Notes: generated by a model from the letters alone, not told the origin. A DNA stretch of 63,988 nt from an uncultured cyanobacterium (GCA_963765575.1 CAVXWZ010000003.1:1-63988); one strand, 5' to 3'; counted from the stretch's first letter, positions 51,720 through 61,113 are shown. Translations and numbers: made by a program.

Positions 51720-53870
51720 ATGCGCGAGCACCAGCACGCCCCTGGCGAGCAGACGTTCCGGATCGCCTCGATGGATTGCGCCACCGAGGAAAACGAGATC
51801 CGCCACGCCCTGCGCGGGCTGCCGCAGATTCGCTCCCTGCGCTTCCTGCTGGCGCAGCGGATTCTGGCCATCGATGCCGCCCCCGACGTGGTGGATCGGG
51901 CTGTGGCGGCAATTCGTGGCCTGGGCTTCGAGCCGGAGGCGATCAGCAGCGCCAGCAGCCCAGCGCCTGCACTGAGCCAACGCCAGGAACGCCGCCATCT
52001 GGTGCGGCTGGGGGCCTCGCTGCTGCTGGCGATTGCCGCGGAATTGGTCAATGGTTTCGCGCCTGAGGCCCTCGGCTACGAGCTGGTGGAGATGGGGCTG
52101 GCGATCGGTGCGATCGCACTGGTGGGCCTGTCGATCTACCGCAAGGGCCTCGCCGCCCTGCGTCAGGGCCGGCTGAACATCAACGCGCTGATGAGCGTGG
52201 CGGTCAGCGGTGCCTTCCTGATCGGGCACTGGCCGGAGGCGGCCATGGTCATGGCCCTCTATGCGCTGGCTGAAACCATCGAGGCCAAGGCGGTGCAGCG
52301 CGCCCGCCAGGCCATTGCCGGCCTGATGGCGATGGCGCCGGAGCTGGCCGAGGTGCGGCAGGGGGATGGCCAGTGGCTGCGCCTGCCCTGCGCCCAGGTC
52401 GCCGTGGGCGATGTGATTCGGATTCGCCCCGGCGAGCGCCTGCCGCTCGATGGGGCCGTGATCACAGGGGTGAGCAGCATCGACCAGGCGCCGGTCACCG
52501 GCGAGAGCCTGCCGGTGGAGAAGGGCCCCGGGGATGGGGTGTTTGCCGGCACCGTCAACCAGGGCGGAGCCCTGGAGATCCGGGTGAGCGCCCCGGCCTC
52601 GCAGAGCACCCTGGCGCGCATCATCCATGCCGTGGAGGAGGCCCAGGCCACGCGGGCGCCCACCCAGCGCTTCGTGGATCGCTTCGCCGCGCGCTACACG
52701 CCGGCGGTGTTTCTGCTGGCCTGCGCCGTGGCTGTGCTGGCGCCGTTCCTGCTGGGCGTTGCGCCCCTTGAGGCGATCTACAAGGCCTTGGTGCTGTTGG
52801 TGATCGCCTGTCCCTGCGCCCTGGTGATCGCCACGCCGGTGACGGTGGTGAGCGGTCTGGCAGCGGCGGCCCGCAGGGGCATCGTGATCAAGGGTGGGTT
52901 GTACCTGGAGCAGGCCAGACGCATTCAGGTGATGGCCCTCGACAAGACCGGCACGATCACCGCCGGCAAGCCGCAGCTCGTTGCCTTTGAACCCACCAGA
53001 ACTGAGGCCAATCCGGGGGCGTTGAAACGCCTCGCCACCAGCCTGGCCGAACGCTCCGATCACCCCGTGTCCAAGGCCATCGCCGCCGGACTGGATGGGG
53101 ATCGACTGGCTGTGGAGGCGTTCGAAGCGCTGCCGGGGCGGGGTGTGCGCGGCAGGATCGAGGGCCGCGCTCTGCAGCTGGCCAACCATCGCTGGATCGA
53201 GGAACTGGGGCTCTGCTCACCGCCCCTGGAGGCGGCGATGCTCCTCCATGAACAGCAGGGCCGCAGTGTCTCGCTCCTGGCCGACACGACCACGGTGCTG
53301 GCGATGGTCGCCGTGGCCGACACCGTCAAACCCTCATCCCGCCAGGCGATCGCGGCGCTGCGGGCCCTGGGCGTGCGGCCCGTGATGCTCACCGGCGATA
53401 ACGACGCCACCGCCCGCACCATCGCCGCCCAGGCCGGCATTGACGACGTGCGCAGCCTGTTGCTGCCCGACGACAAGCTCCAGGCCGTGGTGGAGCTGCA
53501 ACAGCGTTATGGCTTCACGGCCATGGCCGGCGACGGCATCAACGACGCGCCAGCCCTGGCCCGCAGTGACCTCGGCATGGCCATGGGCGCCGCCGGCAGC
53601 GACACGGCGATGGAAGTGGCCGATGTGGTGATCATGAACGACGATCTGATGCGGCTGCCGGAGACCATTGCCCTCTCGCGCCGCACGTTCACGGTGCTGT
53701 GGCAGAACATCGCCCTGGCCCTTGGCATCAAGGCCCTGTTTCTGCTGCTCACGGTGCTGGGCAGCACCACGATGTGGGAAGCGGTGTTTGCCGACATGGG
53801 CACAAGCCTGCTGGTGATCGCCAATGGCCTGCGGCTGATCAGAAGGACTCCAGGGCCGGCAGCGGCCTAA
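51720..53870 (+). CDS. Heavy-metal P1B-type ATPase (ZntA/CadA-like)
   Basis: MDCATEE N-domain, TGES, CPC, DKTGT, HP, GDGIND, ALGIK and FADMG. Confidence 0.95.
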   Translation: MREHQHAPGEQTFRIASMDCATEENEIRHALRGLPQIRSLRFLLAQRILAIDAAPDVVDRAVAAIRGLGFEPEAISSASSPAPALSQRQERRHLVRLGASLLLAIAAELVNGFAPEALGYELVEMGLAIGAIALVGLSIYRKGLAALRQGRLNINALMSVAVSGAFLIGHWPEAAMVMALYALAETIEAKAVQRARQAIAGLMAMAPELAEVRQGDGQWLRLPCAQVAVGDVIRIRPGERLPLDGAVITGVSSIDQAPVTGESLPVEKGPGDGVFAGTVNQGGALEIRVSAPASQSTLARIIHAVEEAQATRAPTQRFVDRFAARYTPAVFLLACAVAVLAPFLLGVAPLEAIYKALVLLVIACPCALVIATPVTVVSGLAAAARRGIVIKGGLYLEQARRIQVMALDKTGTITAGKPQLVAFEPTRTEANPGALKRLATSLAERSDHPVSKAIAAGLDGDRLAVEAFEALPGRGVRGRIEGRALQLANHRWIEELGLCSPPLEAAMLLHEQQGRSVSLLADTTTVLAMVAVADTVKPSSRQAIAALRALGVRPVMLTGDNDATARTIAAQAGIDDVRSLLLPDDKLQAVVELQQRYGFTAMAGDGINDAPALARSDLGMAMGAAGSDTAMEVADVVIMNDDLMRLPETIALSRRTFTVLWQNIALALGIKALFLLLTVLGSTTMWEAVFADMGTSLLVIANGLRLIRRTPGPAAA

Positions 53871-55357
53871 GCGATCGCGGTGTCACCACGGCGGTGAATT
53901 TCGCGGGCGTAGTCGGTCCAGACACCCTGACCCCAGTAGCGAAAGCAGCTGGTTTCCAGCAGCAGCAGGTGCAGCAGGGCCTCCTGGTAGCGGGCGGTTT
54001 GAGTGACAGCGGGATCGGCCGCCACCAGGGGATCAAACAGCTGGTGGAAACTGGCGCTGAGCTGGTTCATCGGCTCCAGCACATTGCCGTAGCCCTCCAC
54101 CCAGCTGAGGTTGTTGGTCCACGACGCTCCCTTCATCGAGAACTGGGGGTCGTTGGCCTGGAGCTCGGCGATGGCGGCTGCGGTGGCTTGCGGGGTGGGC
54201 GTCCTGATTTTGGATTGTCCACCAGACGATTGAACGCCGACTTTCTGCCACAACTTGTGCTGCTGAGTTGCCTGAATGTTTGGGTAGTTGGCTGGGTTCA
54301 GACCAGCGGCTTCCAGCAACTCCAGATATTCGCTGCCATTGATCGCCACCGTGACTGAGTCGCCACTTCGTTCGCTCCCCATGGCAGCAATCTTCTGATG
54401 GGCCTGGATGAAGGCGGAGGGGAATTCATTCATCATCACGCCGCCGTTTTCGCCATCGGCAATCTGAGACACGAGCGCCGGGATCGTGGTGTCTCCCAAC
54501 GCTTGCCGGCCCAGCCCCAGGGCTTCGTAGCAGGGCTGCATCTGACCCACCAGCTTGGTGTCCGAGCCCTGGGTTTTGATCAGGGCCGTGATCGACACCG
54601 TCTCGCCGCTGGAGTTGCGCGCCAGCAGCTGGTTGGGGATGTACCTCTGTTCCTGGCTGAGGCTGGAGCCATCGAGATTCTCCACGCTGTGCTCCTGCAC
54701 CAGCAGCCACCGGTAGCCGCACTCACGCAGGGCCTTCACCAGTTCATAGAGGGTGTCGGGGTGGTTGGGCAGGGCCATTTCCGGCGGCGAGAAGCCCTTC
54801 ACCCGTTGCAACGCCTCGGCGCCAAAGAGGGCGGCGAAATGCTGTTGCCAGGCCAGGATCTGCAGCTTGAGGTCGGGAATCGGCGTGGAGGGGGCCACGG
54901 CATGGCTCCAGAAGCTGCCCAGGAATTCCACATGGGGCTGCAGGGCGGGATCGCAGGCGAGCTTGTTGAGGGCCTCGAGGATGTCGACACGGCCCATCTG
55001 CTCAAATCCCCAGAGCAGATTGCCTGAGTAATCCAGCATGATCCGAGGATTGCAGCCCTCGGAGATCAGCTGGGGGATGATCTCGGCAAGGCGTTTGTAG
55101 CAGTGGGCAAAGGGTTCGGCGTTGTGGTTATCGCCCTCGCCGGGGTGCTCCAGCATGTACTGAAGATGGGAGATGAGTGCTCCATCGGCCCCGGCTGGAA
55201 TCGTGGGCTGGTGCATGTGCAGGGCGCAGGCAAAGCCGGAGCGGATCTGCGCCGGATTGAGATTGGTGCGCGGCAGAAACACCGGGCCGGCCTCTTGCAT
55301 CAGGGCGAGGATCTCGGCTTCGCGGCCGGCGATGGGCGGCAGGGTGGGGTTGGTCAT
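53867..55357 (-). CDS. Glycoside hydrolase family 57-like protein
   Basis: ALHMHQP, GFSPPEM, DGENGG. Confidence 0.85.
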   Translation of the reverse strand: MTNPTLPPIAGREAEILALMQEAGPVFLPRTNLNPAQIRSGFACALHMHQPTIPAGADGALISHLQYMLEHPGEGDNHNAEPFAHCYKRLAEIIPQLISEGCNPRIMLDYSGNLLWGFEQMGRVDILEALNKLACDPALQPHVEFLGSFWSHAVAPSTPIPDLKLQILAWQQHFAALFGAEALQRVKGFSPPEMALPNHPDTLYELVKALRECGYRWLLVQEHSVENLDGSSLSQEQRYIPNQLLARNSSGETVSITALIKTQGSDTKLVGQMQPCYEALGLGRQALGDTTIPALVSQIADGENGGVMMNEFPSAFIQAHQKIAAMGSERSGDSVTVAINGSEYLELLEAAGLNPANYPNIQATQQHKLWQKVGVQSSGGQSKIRTPTPQATAAAIAELQANDPQFSMKGASWTNNLSWVEGYGNVLEPMNQLSASFHQLFDPLVAADPAVTQTARYQEALLHLLLLETSCFRYWGQGVWTDYAREIHRRGDTAIA

Positions 55358-55678
55358 GGCGGTGGTGTGGCGCCCGCGCGCTGGGCAGGTCGTATGGGGT
55401 CAGTCTGGGGGTCAGGCTCAGCCCAGGGCCGCTTCTGGGCGGCCATCGGTCATGGCTGAGACGACTCCTGAACAGAAGGTGCACGCGATGGAGTGAGGAT
55501 TCCTGCAAGTGATGAGCCCTCCTTTCTCCTGTTCAGGCTGCAGCGTCCAGATCGAACGGTCGATGCGCCTCGATCGGTAGCAGAAAGGGACGGTGCTCTG
55601 GTCAACCTGCAAAGACAAACTGGAGGCGTATCAAGCTGCTTCACCGGGGACAACAGATCAAGCCCCATGTCCACGGCA

Positions 55679-55878
55679 TCACGCAAGCCCCAGCTCATCG
55701 ATCGAGCAGTCCAGCTGAGCGGCCACGTCTTTGAGGATCTGCCGCGTCATCGTCACAGGGCCAGCAGTTCCTGCCTCACGTGGAGGGTGCCGGCGTCGGT
55801 GTCGATCGCGGCAGCGGCTGCACTGGCCCGGAAGGAGCCAGCCTCCGCTTCCTTCACCACGAACAGGATGTCCTGCAT
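55679..55878 (-). pseudogene. Internally deleted HicB-like antitoxin (55753-55878) and HicA-like toxin (55679-55756) remnants
   Basis: MQDILFVVKEAE.G.F.A..LHVRQELLAL, then a GTGA-coupled 25-codon ORF ..RQILKDVAAQLDCSIDEL. Confidence 0.55.
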
Positions 55879-55940
55879 GGCGCCCGCCAGTGGCCTAAGT
55901 GTTGCAGTGGTGGGCGGGATGCTGCCCCTGGCTGTGCAAA

Positions 55941-56030
55941 CGGACTTGGGCGGCACACCAACACCCGCAGCCGGGTTGGCTGCAGCCGTCAGGCGATCAC
56001 GCCAGAGGGAAACCCAGCAGGGGCGATGGC
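55941..56030 (+). repeat. Spacer repeat family B, copy 1
   Basis: ACACCCGCAGCCGGGTTGGCTGCAGCCG..GCCAGAGGGAAACCCAGCAGGGGCGATGGC. Confidence 0.8.
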
Positions 56031-56414
56031 TCACACCACCAAGCCAAGGATCTGCCCCACAATCGCCAACACCTCCTCCAGCTGGGAGTGCTGCAGTCGC
56101 CCGACCGGATGCGGGCGAGCGCCCCTGGCGCGCCAGTCGAACGATTTGAGTTGCTGGCACAGCACGTAGCTGTGGGCACCCGGCCGATCGGGAATGGGAC
56201 CCAGATCCACGGCAAGGGTGGAACCACGGTTGTAGGGGGCTGAAGTCATCGCACAACCGACGACCAGGCCCACGGTGGAATGGAAGGAAGCGGTGGAGAG
56301 CACCACAAAAGGATGGTGATCCTTGATCTCGCGGCCGGCCTGGGGGTTGTGGTCGATCCAGATCACGTCGCCGCGATCGGGCACCCAGCCTTGGACGGCA
56401 TGGCGGGGACTCAC
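56031..56414 (-). CDS. mazF: MazF/PemK toxin
   Basis: PDRGDVIW.D..PQAGRE..HPFVVLS, SFDWRAR. Confidence 0.9.
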   Translation of the reverse strand: MSPRHAVQGWVPDRGDVIWIDHNPQAGREIKDHHPFVVLSTASFHSTVGLVVGCAMTSAPYNRGSTLAVDLGPIPDRPGAHSYVLCQQLKSFDWRARGARPHPVGRLQHSQLEEVLAIVGQILGLVV

Positions 56415-56671
56415 TCGATGACCTCAGCACCAACCGGACGGAAGGCCATGGCCTCGGTGGGTTCGCCAGCCATGGGCTCGTAGGCCGCCAGCCGTTCGGC
56501 CAGGGAAAGGCGAGGCTGCACCGGCCGGATCATCACGCCTCCGTCCACAACGGAGAGTTCCACGGCCTGATCCACCTGAAGCTGAGCCTCACGGGCAATG
56601 GAGGCGGGCAAGCGGATGCCGAGGCTGTTGCCCCAGCGGCGCAGGGCCTGGCGGGAAGGGGTGGCAGCCAT
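56411..56671 (-). CDS. mazE: MazE antitoxin
   Basis: RRWGNSLGIRLP. Confidence 0.9.
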   Translation of the reverse strand: MAATPSRQALRRWGNSLGIRLPASIAREAQLQVDQAVELSVVDGGVMIRPVQPRLSLAERLAAYEPMAGEPTEAMAFRPVGAEVIE

Positions 56672-56700
56672 GGGACTCAGGCGTATAAACGAGAAGGATA

Positions 56701-56811
56701 GACACCCCAGGCCGTAGCCGCAGCACGCCCACGCCAGAAGGGATTCCAGCAAGAGCGATGGCCTGACGGGCCGCCCAAAACCGACCCTGGCACAGGCGCC
56801 CTTCTGGATAG
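56701..56811 (+). repeat. Spacer repeat family B, copy 2
   Basis: CACGCCAGAAGGGATTCCAGCAAGAGCGATGGCCTGACGGGCCGCCCAAA. Confidence 0.8.
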
Positions 56812-56828
56812 GAGTCGCTGCTCTGCGC

Positions 56829-57059
56829 TCAAGCAGACGGCCGCTGCTCCAGCCGCGCCGCCAGCCACACCTTGATGATCGACTGACGGGTGACACCGAG
56901 ACGGCTGGCCTCACGATCGAGCTGGTCGATCATCCACACGGGGAAATCAACATTGACGCGTTTCTGCTCCAGCCGACGGCGGCGGGCACCGCCGAGGTCG
57001 AGGGCCTCGAGCACGGACTCGCCGTCATCGAAACGTTGATCGAAATCAGAACTGTTCAT
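56829..57059 (-). CDS. brnA: BrnA/CopG-like antitoxin
   Basis: FDQRFDDGE..KRVNVDFPVWM..LD.EA.RLGVTRQSIIK. Confidence 0.85.
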   Translation of the reverse strand: MNSSDFDQRFDDGESVLEALDLGGARRRRLEQKRVNVDFPVWMIDQLDREASRLGVTRQSIIKVWLAARLEQRPSA

Positions 57060-57309
57060 AGAGCTCCACCTCTTCTGGTCTGGACCGCCGAACGGAAATC
57101 AATCGGATGCACTGGTCGCGGTAGGTGATCACGGCCGACCAGTGCTTGAGGCCAATCCTGCCGATCACCAGAAATCTTGGCTCTCCGGTGGTGCGGGCCG
57201 GAAGCTCCAGGAGCTCCGAATCGTTCCAGAGCTGCTGGGCAGCAAGGAAGTCGATGCCGTGCTTGGCAAGGTTCGAGTCACTCTTGAGCGGATCGAACGC
57301 GAACTCCAT
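57046..57309 (-). CDS. brnT: BrnT toxin
   Basis: FDP.KS..N..KHGIDF, EPR, IRLISVRR. Confidence 0.9.
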   Translation of the reverse strand: MEFAFDPLKSDSNLAKHGIDFLAAQQLWNDSELLELPARTTGEPRFLVIGRIGLKHWSAVITYRDQCIRLISVRRSRPEEVELYEQF

Positions 57310-57472
57310 ACGGTGCTGATTCTATACCTTTTCGGCTCTCAGGGTCATTTCCGAATCAGAAAGCCCTCGTCCTCGGGACAGGCTGTTGGATCCTGGTTCT
57401 CTGCCTTCTGCCTGCCGTCCACCCTCACAAAGCCGGACCCTGCCCCACACCGCGTTTGAGAGCTCGGGTCGG

Positions 57473-57621
57473 GGACTAGGGCGAGCCACCCACACCCGGC
57501 GCCGGGTTGGCTGCAGCCGCATCACTGCCAAGCCAAAGGGGATCCCAGCAGGGTCGCCAACCTGACGGGCCGCCCAAAGCCAGACCTGGCCCGGTCGCCC
57601 GGCAGCCGCCAGCATCACTCC
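57473..57621 (+). repeat. Spacer repeat family B, copy 3 (leader of an HNH-HIT stub)
   Basis: ACACCCGGCGCCGGGTTGGCTGCAGCCG..AGGGATCCCAGCAGGG..CCTGACGGGCCGCCCAAA. Confidence 0.8.
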
Positions 57622-57989
57622 ATGGCCAACAGCCCCTCTGCCGCCTTCCTTCGCCTGCGGCAGACCATCGCCAAGCGCATGCGCATGAGCCACATCGATC
57701 AGCCCCTGATGCTGATGGAACTGCTCGGCCGCCGCAGCCCGGCCCCTGAGCAGGACGTGGCCCAGCGAATCCTGGGAAGCGCATGGTGGGCCGGGTTCAC
57801 CTTCAACGGCATCACCGCCGATGGCGATGGCCACGACAGCCTGATCGGTGGCGAAGAGTTGAGCGATGGCGGTACCTGGCCGAAGGCCAGCGTGGCGGAG
57901 CCACGACGCGACGAGCTGCTTGAGCTCTGCCGGGAACGTCTCGACGCATTCCGAGGCCATTGGCATGCTGCAGGCCCTGTTCTTCGGCC
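57622..57989 (+). pseudogene. Truncated copy of the HNH-HIT gene 5' part
   Basis: IAKRMRMSHIDQPLMLMELLGRRSPAP matches the gene at 61248. Confidence 0.85.
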
Positions 57990-58298
57990 TCATGGAGAAG
58001 GCCGAGTCGCCCCAAGGCGAGCGCGAATCCAGATCGGATCGCGTCGACAATCGAGGATGGCGTAGATGTCGATGCTCGTCGCCTCCATCACGTCGTAAAG
58101 CGCAAAGGGAAACCGCCTGATCAACATGCGATGAAACCCATCGACCTGAAGATGAATGCCGCCATAGACAGTCAATGATTGAACATCAGCTTCGACGGCA
58201 TCCAGAAAGCGATTGCCCAGCCCCGGTGCCTGAAGTTCGTAGAACAACCAACCGTTCCGGAGATCATCGGTGGCCGCATCAAGGAGCCTGATATCCAC
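57990..58298 (-). CDS. RelE/ParE-family toxin
   Basis: A..DL..G..FYE..GLG..F, RRFPF, ILDCRRDP. Confidence 0.85.
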   Translation of the reverse strand: MDIRLLDAATDDLRNGWLFYELQAPGLGNRFLDAVEADVQSLTVYGGIHLQVDGFHRMLIRRFPFALYDVMEATSIDIYAILDCRRDPIWIRARLGATRPSP

Positions 58299-58512
58299 GA
58301 AGCTCGGCCTTGAGGTCAGTCATGGCGTCGTTCCAAGACTGAAACCGGGCGGAACCCTGCTCCAGCTGGTTGCGGCGCCGCCGTAATTCATCGCGATGCC
58401 AATCAGGCGATACGATCTGATCGGGTGTGGTGGAGAGATCCGCCCATAGGACTTCCATCGCCTCAAGTTTGTCTTCCAGACTCATCTGGCCCAAGGGAAG
58501 ATTCGCCGCCAC
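58279..58512 (-). CDS. Addiction-module antitoxin
   Basis: MSLEDKL..ME.LWADL..SPDWH..EL.RR..W. Confidence 0.85.
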   Translation of the reverse strand: MAANLPLGQMSLEDKLEAMEVLWADLSTTPDQIVSPDWHRDELRRRRNQLEQGSARFQSWNDAMTDLKAELRGYQAP

Positions 58513-58613
58513 CAGCCGAGGCCTCCAAAGGGGCATGGCATGGATTTTAGAGCCAATGCAGTCAGCAAAACGAAGCAGGCCAGAAGTCCAGAGGGCTGTT
58601 GTCCTCCTGACAG

Positions 58614-58685
58614 GTGCCACCCCCGTCACACCGCAGCCAGGATGCCCCCATGCCCCCGCCCCCCTCCGCCACCTCCGAGGGCTTG
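58614..58685 (+). repeat. Spacer repeat family A, copy 1
   Basis: GTGCCACCCCCGTCACACCGCAGCCAGGATGCCCCCATG + short HNH-HIT stub. Confidence 0.9.
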
Positions 58686-58707
58686 AGAACCGGTGTCGAG
58701 TCCACGT

Positions 58708-58920
58708 TCAAGCCGGAACAACGATCTGCTGTAGACCGACGAAATCGCTCTCCAGGCTCGGCTCGGCGCCCTCCAGCAGCATGGCGATCACCTCCTGGAG
58801 ATTGGCCTGCAGCTCGTCGAGCGTCGCCCCCTGGCTGTGGGCGCCGGGGAAGCCAGGCACATGGCCCACAAGCAGACCTGTCTCGCTGCAGCGTTCGATC
58901 ACGGCGGAGTAGGTACGCAC
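58708..58920 (-). CDS. hicB: HicB antitoxin (cognate HicA reduced to a stub at about 58668-58704)
   Basis: VGHVPGFPGAHSQGATLDEL..NLQEVI. Confidence 0.85.
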   Translation of the reverse strand: MRTYSAVIERCSETGLLVGHVPGFPGAHSQGATLDELQANLQEVIAMLLEGAEPSLESDFVGLQQIVVPA

Positions 58921-59020
58921 GATCTGGCCGGCCTTCACTGGTTGCATCGTAGGTACCGCGGCTGGGCTTGCCGATTGGTGTGGGACGTCCATCGGAGGGT
59001 GATGCTCTTCTCGTCTACAA

Positions 59021-59270
59021 GTGCCACCCCCCGTCCCAGGCGGCCAGGATGCCCCCATGCCCTCGCACCCCTCCCCCACCTACGAGCGCCTGAGGCACAC
59101 CATCGCCAAGCAGATGCGCATGAGCCCCATCGACCAACCGCTGATGCTCATGGAACAGCTGGGCCGCCACAGCCCGGCCCCAGCGCAGGACGTGGCTCAC
59201 CGGCAACGGCATCGCGGCGATCATCAGCATCCTGCAGGCGCTCTGCTTCCGCTGCAATGCCGACAAGCCA
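59021..59270 (+). repeat. Spacer repeat family A, copy 2, with multiply deleted HNH-HIT stub
   Basis: GTGCCACCCCCCGTC..GCCAGGATGCCCCCATG, then MRMSPIDQPL.., TGNGI and LQALCFRCNA segments. Confidence 0.9.
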
Positions 59271-59338
59271 TGGCCATCGTTGGTCTCAGAGTTGCACCGG
59301 CAGGGATTGACTCAGATGGCTGGAATCTCATGCCACAC

Positions 59339-59689
59339 CTACACAGCTTCAGATTGGATCTCAAGCACGCGATTGATCAGATCAGTGTCTTTCCCGTGTT
59401 GGATCAGCTGCAGAGCTGATTGGACCCGGAGCCACTGCTGTTCCGCACTCAAGCCAGCCTCCCTGAGGGCGATCACCCCAGGGTGCACCTCCATGGTGGC
59501 GGCCAAGCGAATGAAATCGCCCACGTTCACCGTGACCACAATCTGATCGCGGGCCAGGGCATGGGCGAAGACCGCGTCATCCTTGGCGCCAGCAAGACCG
59601 ACATGCACAGCCGCCTCTGCCGGAATTTCCTGTTCACAGGCCCAGCGGGCCAGGCGCGGACTGAGATTTTCGTCGATCAACAGCCTCAA
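59339..59689 (-). CDS. DUF5615 PIN-like toxin
   Basis: LLIDENLS, GAKD, VT.N..DF, H.GVI. Confidence 0.85.
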   Translation of the reverse strand: MRLLIDENLSPRLARWACEQEIPAEAAVHVGLAGAKDDAVFAHALARDQIVVTVNVGDFIRLAATMEVHPGVIALREAGLSAEQQWLRVQSALQLIQHGKDTDLINRVLEIQSEAV

Positions 59690-59700
59690 GGCATGATCCT

Positions 59701-60333
59701 TCAGCCGCGTTGCAGGGCGAGGGGGCGCCGAGGGCGGCCGGGAGGCTTGGGCAAGCGTGCCTGGATCTGCGCGTAATCGAGGGCCTGCCGGCTGAGCTGG
59801 GGGAAATCCTCTTCCAGCGTGCTGCGGCTGACGCCGGAGCGAAGCTGCTCCACAACCACGGCCACGGGAATCCTTGTGCCCCGGAACACAGGCTGCCCAG
59901 AACAGACGGCCGGATCGCTCTCCACCAGGGAATGGGGCCGCCTGTAGAGCCGATAGCGGTAACGCAGGTCCCGGCTCACGCCGAGGAGGTCGAAACGGAA
60001 GGGAACGGCACCTGTCTTGCGCAGCTCACCGGGGCCACGGGACCAGCCCCCTTGGGCTACCTGTCGCCGGGGCAGGCCCTCAGGCAACCGGTGAGTCTTC
60101 ACGGTCAACACACGGAAAACCTCACGCTTCTGGTCAGGGGAGAGCTGCAGGCCCTCGGCGCTCAGACTGCTGACCACCTGGAAGTAGAGGAGCTCGCGAA
60201 AGCCAAGCCGCAACGGGCCTGCAGAGGAAGGCGATCCCGATGGAGCCAGCACGCGGCGGTATTCCTGAGCGAGCAGGCGGGCATCTGCTGCGAGCAGGGC
60301 GGCACCGACGGCGGGGGTGAGGTCAGAAGCCAT
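59701..60333 (-). CDS. DUF433 antitoxin with N-terminal extension
   Basis: DPAVCSGQPVFRGTRIPV..EDFPQL. Confidence 0.85.
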   Translation of the reverse strand: MASDLTPAVGAALLAADARLLAQEYRRVLAPSGSPSSAGPLRLGFRELLYFQVVSSLSAEGLQLSPDQKREVFRVLTVKTHRLPEGLPRRQVAQGGWSRGPGELRKTGAVPFRFDLLGVSRDLRYRYRLYRRPHSLVESDPAVCSGQPVFRGTRIPVAVVVEQLRSGVSRSTLEEDFPQLSRQALDYAQIQARLPKPPGRPRRPLALQRG

Positions 60334-60456
60334 CGCAAAACCATGGTTCAGCCTGAAGCAGAGTATAGACACTCAGGACTGGCGGGGGTGCTGGTGAGCA
60401 AAGGCCGGCCTGAGGGGGCCGGCATGCCCAACCGAAGAGGGGTCCTCAAGACATCA

Positions 60457-60505
60457 GTGCCACCCCCGTCACACCCGCCTGGATGCCCCCATGTCTGCCC
60501 CACCC
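60457..60505 (+). repeat. Spacer repeat family A, copy 3
   Basis: GTGCCACCCCCGTCACACCCGCCTGGATGCCCCCATG. Confidence 0.9.
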
Positions 60506-60913
60506 TCACGCCGTACCCCACAACCGGAACTCCACCTGCTGAGAGGCTGCCTGAAAGTCCTTGTCGGTTGTCAGCAGCGTCAGCTCGTAGCGCTGGCAGA
60601 GTTGAACAAGCAGGGCATCGATGGTGCCGATCTGGATCCCTCGGCGGCGGCAGACATTGCGGATTTCGGCTGCTGCAATGTGGTCCTGCTTGTCAGGCTG
60701 GAGGAAGGCGAGGGCGGAAAGGCGCTCCACGAGCTGCTCTCGGTTTTTGGGGCCGGAAAAACCCTGGAGGACCTCCTGGAGCACCAATCCCGTGGTGAAG
60801 ACCTGCTCGGCACCCTGGAGAGCGGCACGAAGGGCGACCACCTCAGGCACGCCTGGCTGGCCATCACGGCGAAAGGCCAGCGACCAGACCGAGGTGTCGA
60901 CCAGCAGGCTCAC
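60506..60913 (-). CDS. vapC: PIN-domain VapC toxin
   Basis: LVDTSVWS, QEVLQG, IDALL, LTTDKDF. Confidence 0.9.
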   Translation of the reverse strand: MSLLVDTSVWSLAFRRDGQPGVPEVVALRAALQGAEQVFTTGLVLQEVLQGFSGPKNREQLVERLSALAFLQPDKQDHIAAAEIRNVCRRRGIQIGTIDALLVQLCQRYELTLLTTDKDFQAASQQVEFRLWGTA

Positions 60914-61113
60914 CGCTGGCGTTCCCGTTCGGCCTTGACGTCGTAGCCGGGGTCCCACTCGAGCTTGCCGAAGAGCTCGGCAACCTGTCGCTGCTCCCGG
61001 CGCGCGATGAACTCCTGAAGGGCACGGGTCACGGCGGCCTTCTTTGTGGGCTCACCGCTCACACGGAAGGCGTGATCGAGCAGATCCTGATCGAGAGCGA
61101 GATTCGTGGCCAT
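60910..61113 (-). CDS. vapB: VapB RHH antitoxin
   Basis: MATNLALD..LL..A..TKKAAV..AL.EFI. Confidence 0.9.
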   Translation of the reverse strand: MATNLALDQDLLDHAFRVSGEPTKKAAVTRALQEFIARREQRQVAELFGKLEWDPGYDVKAERERQR

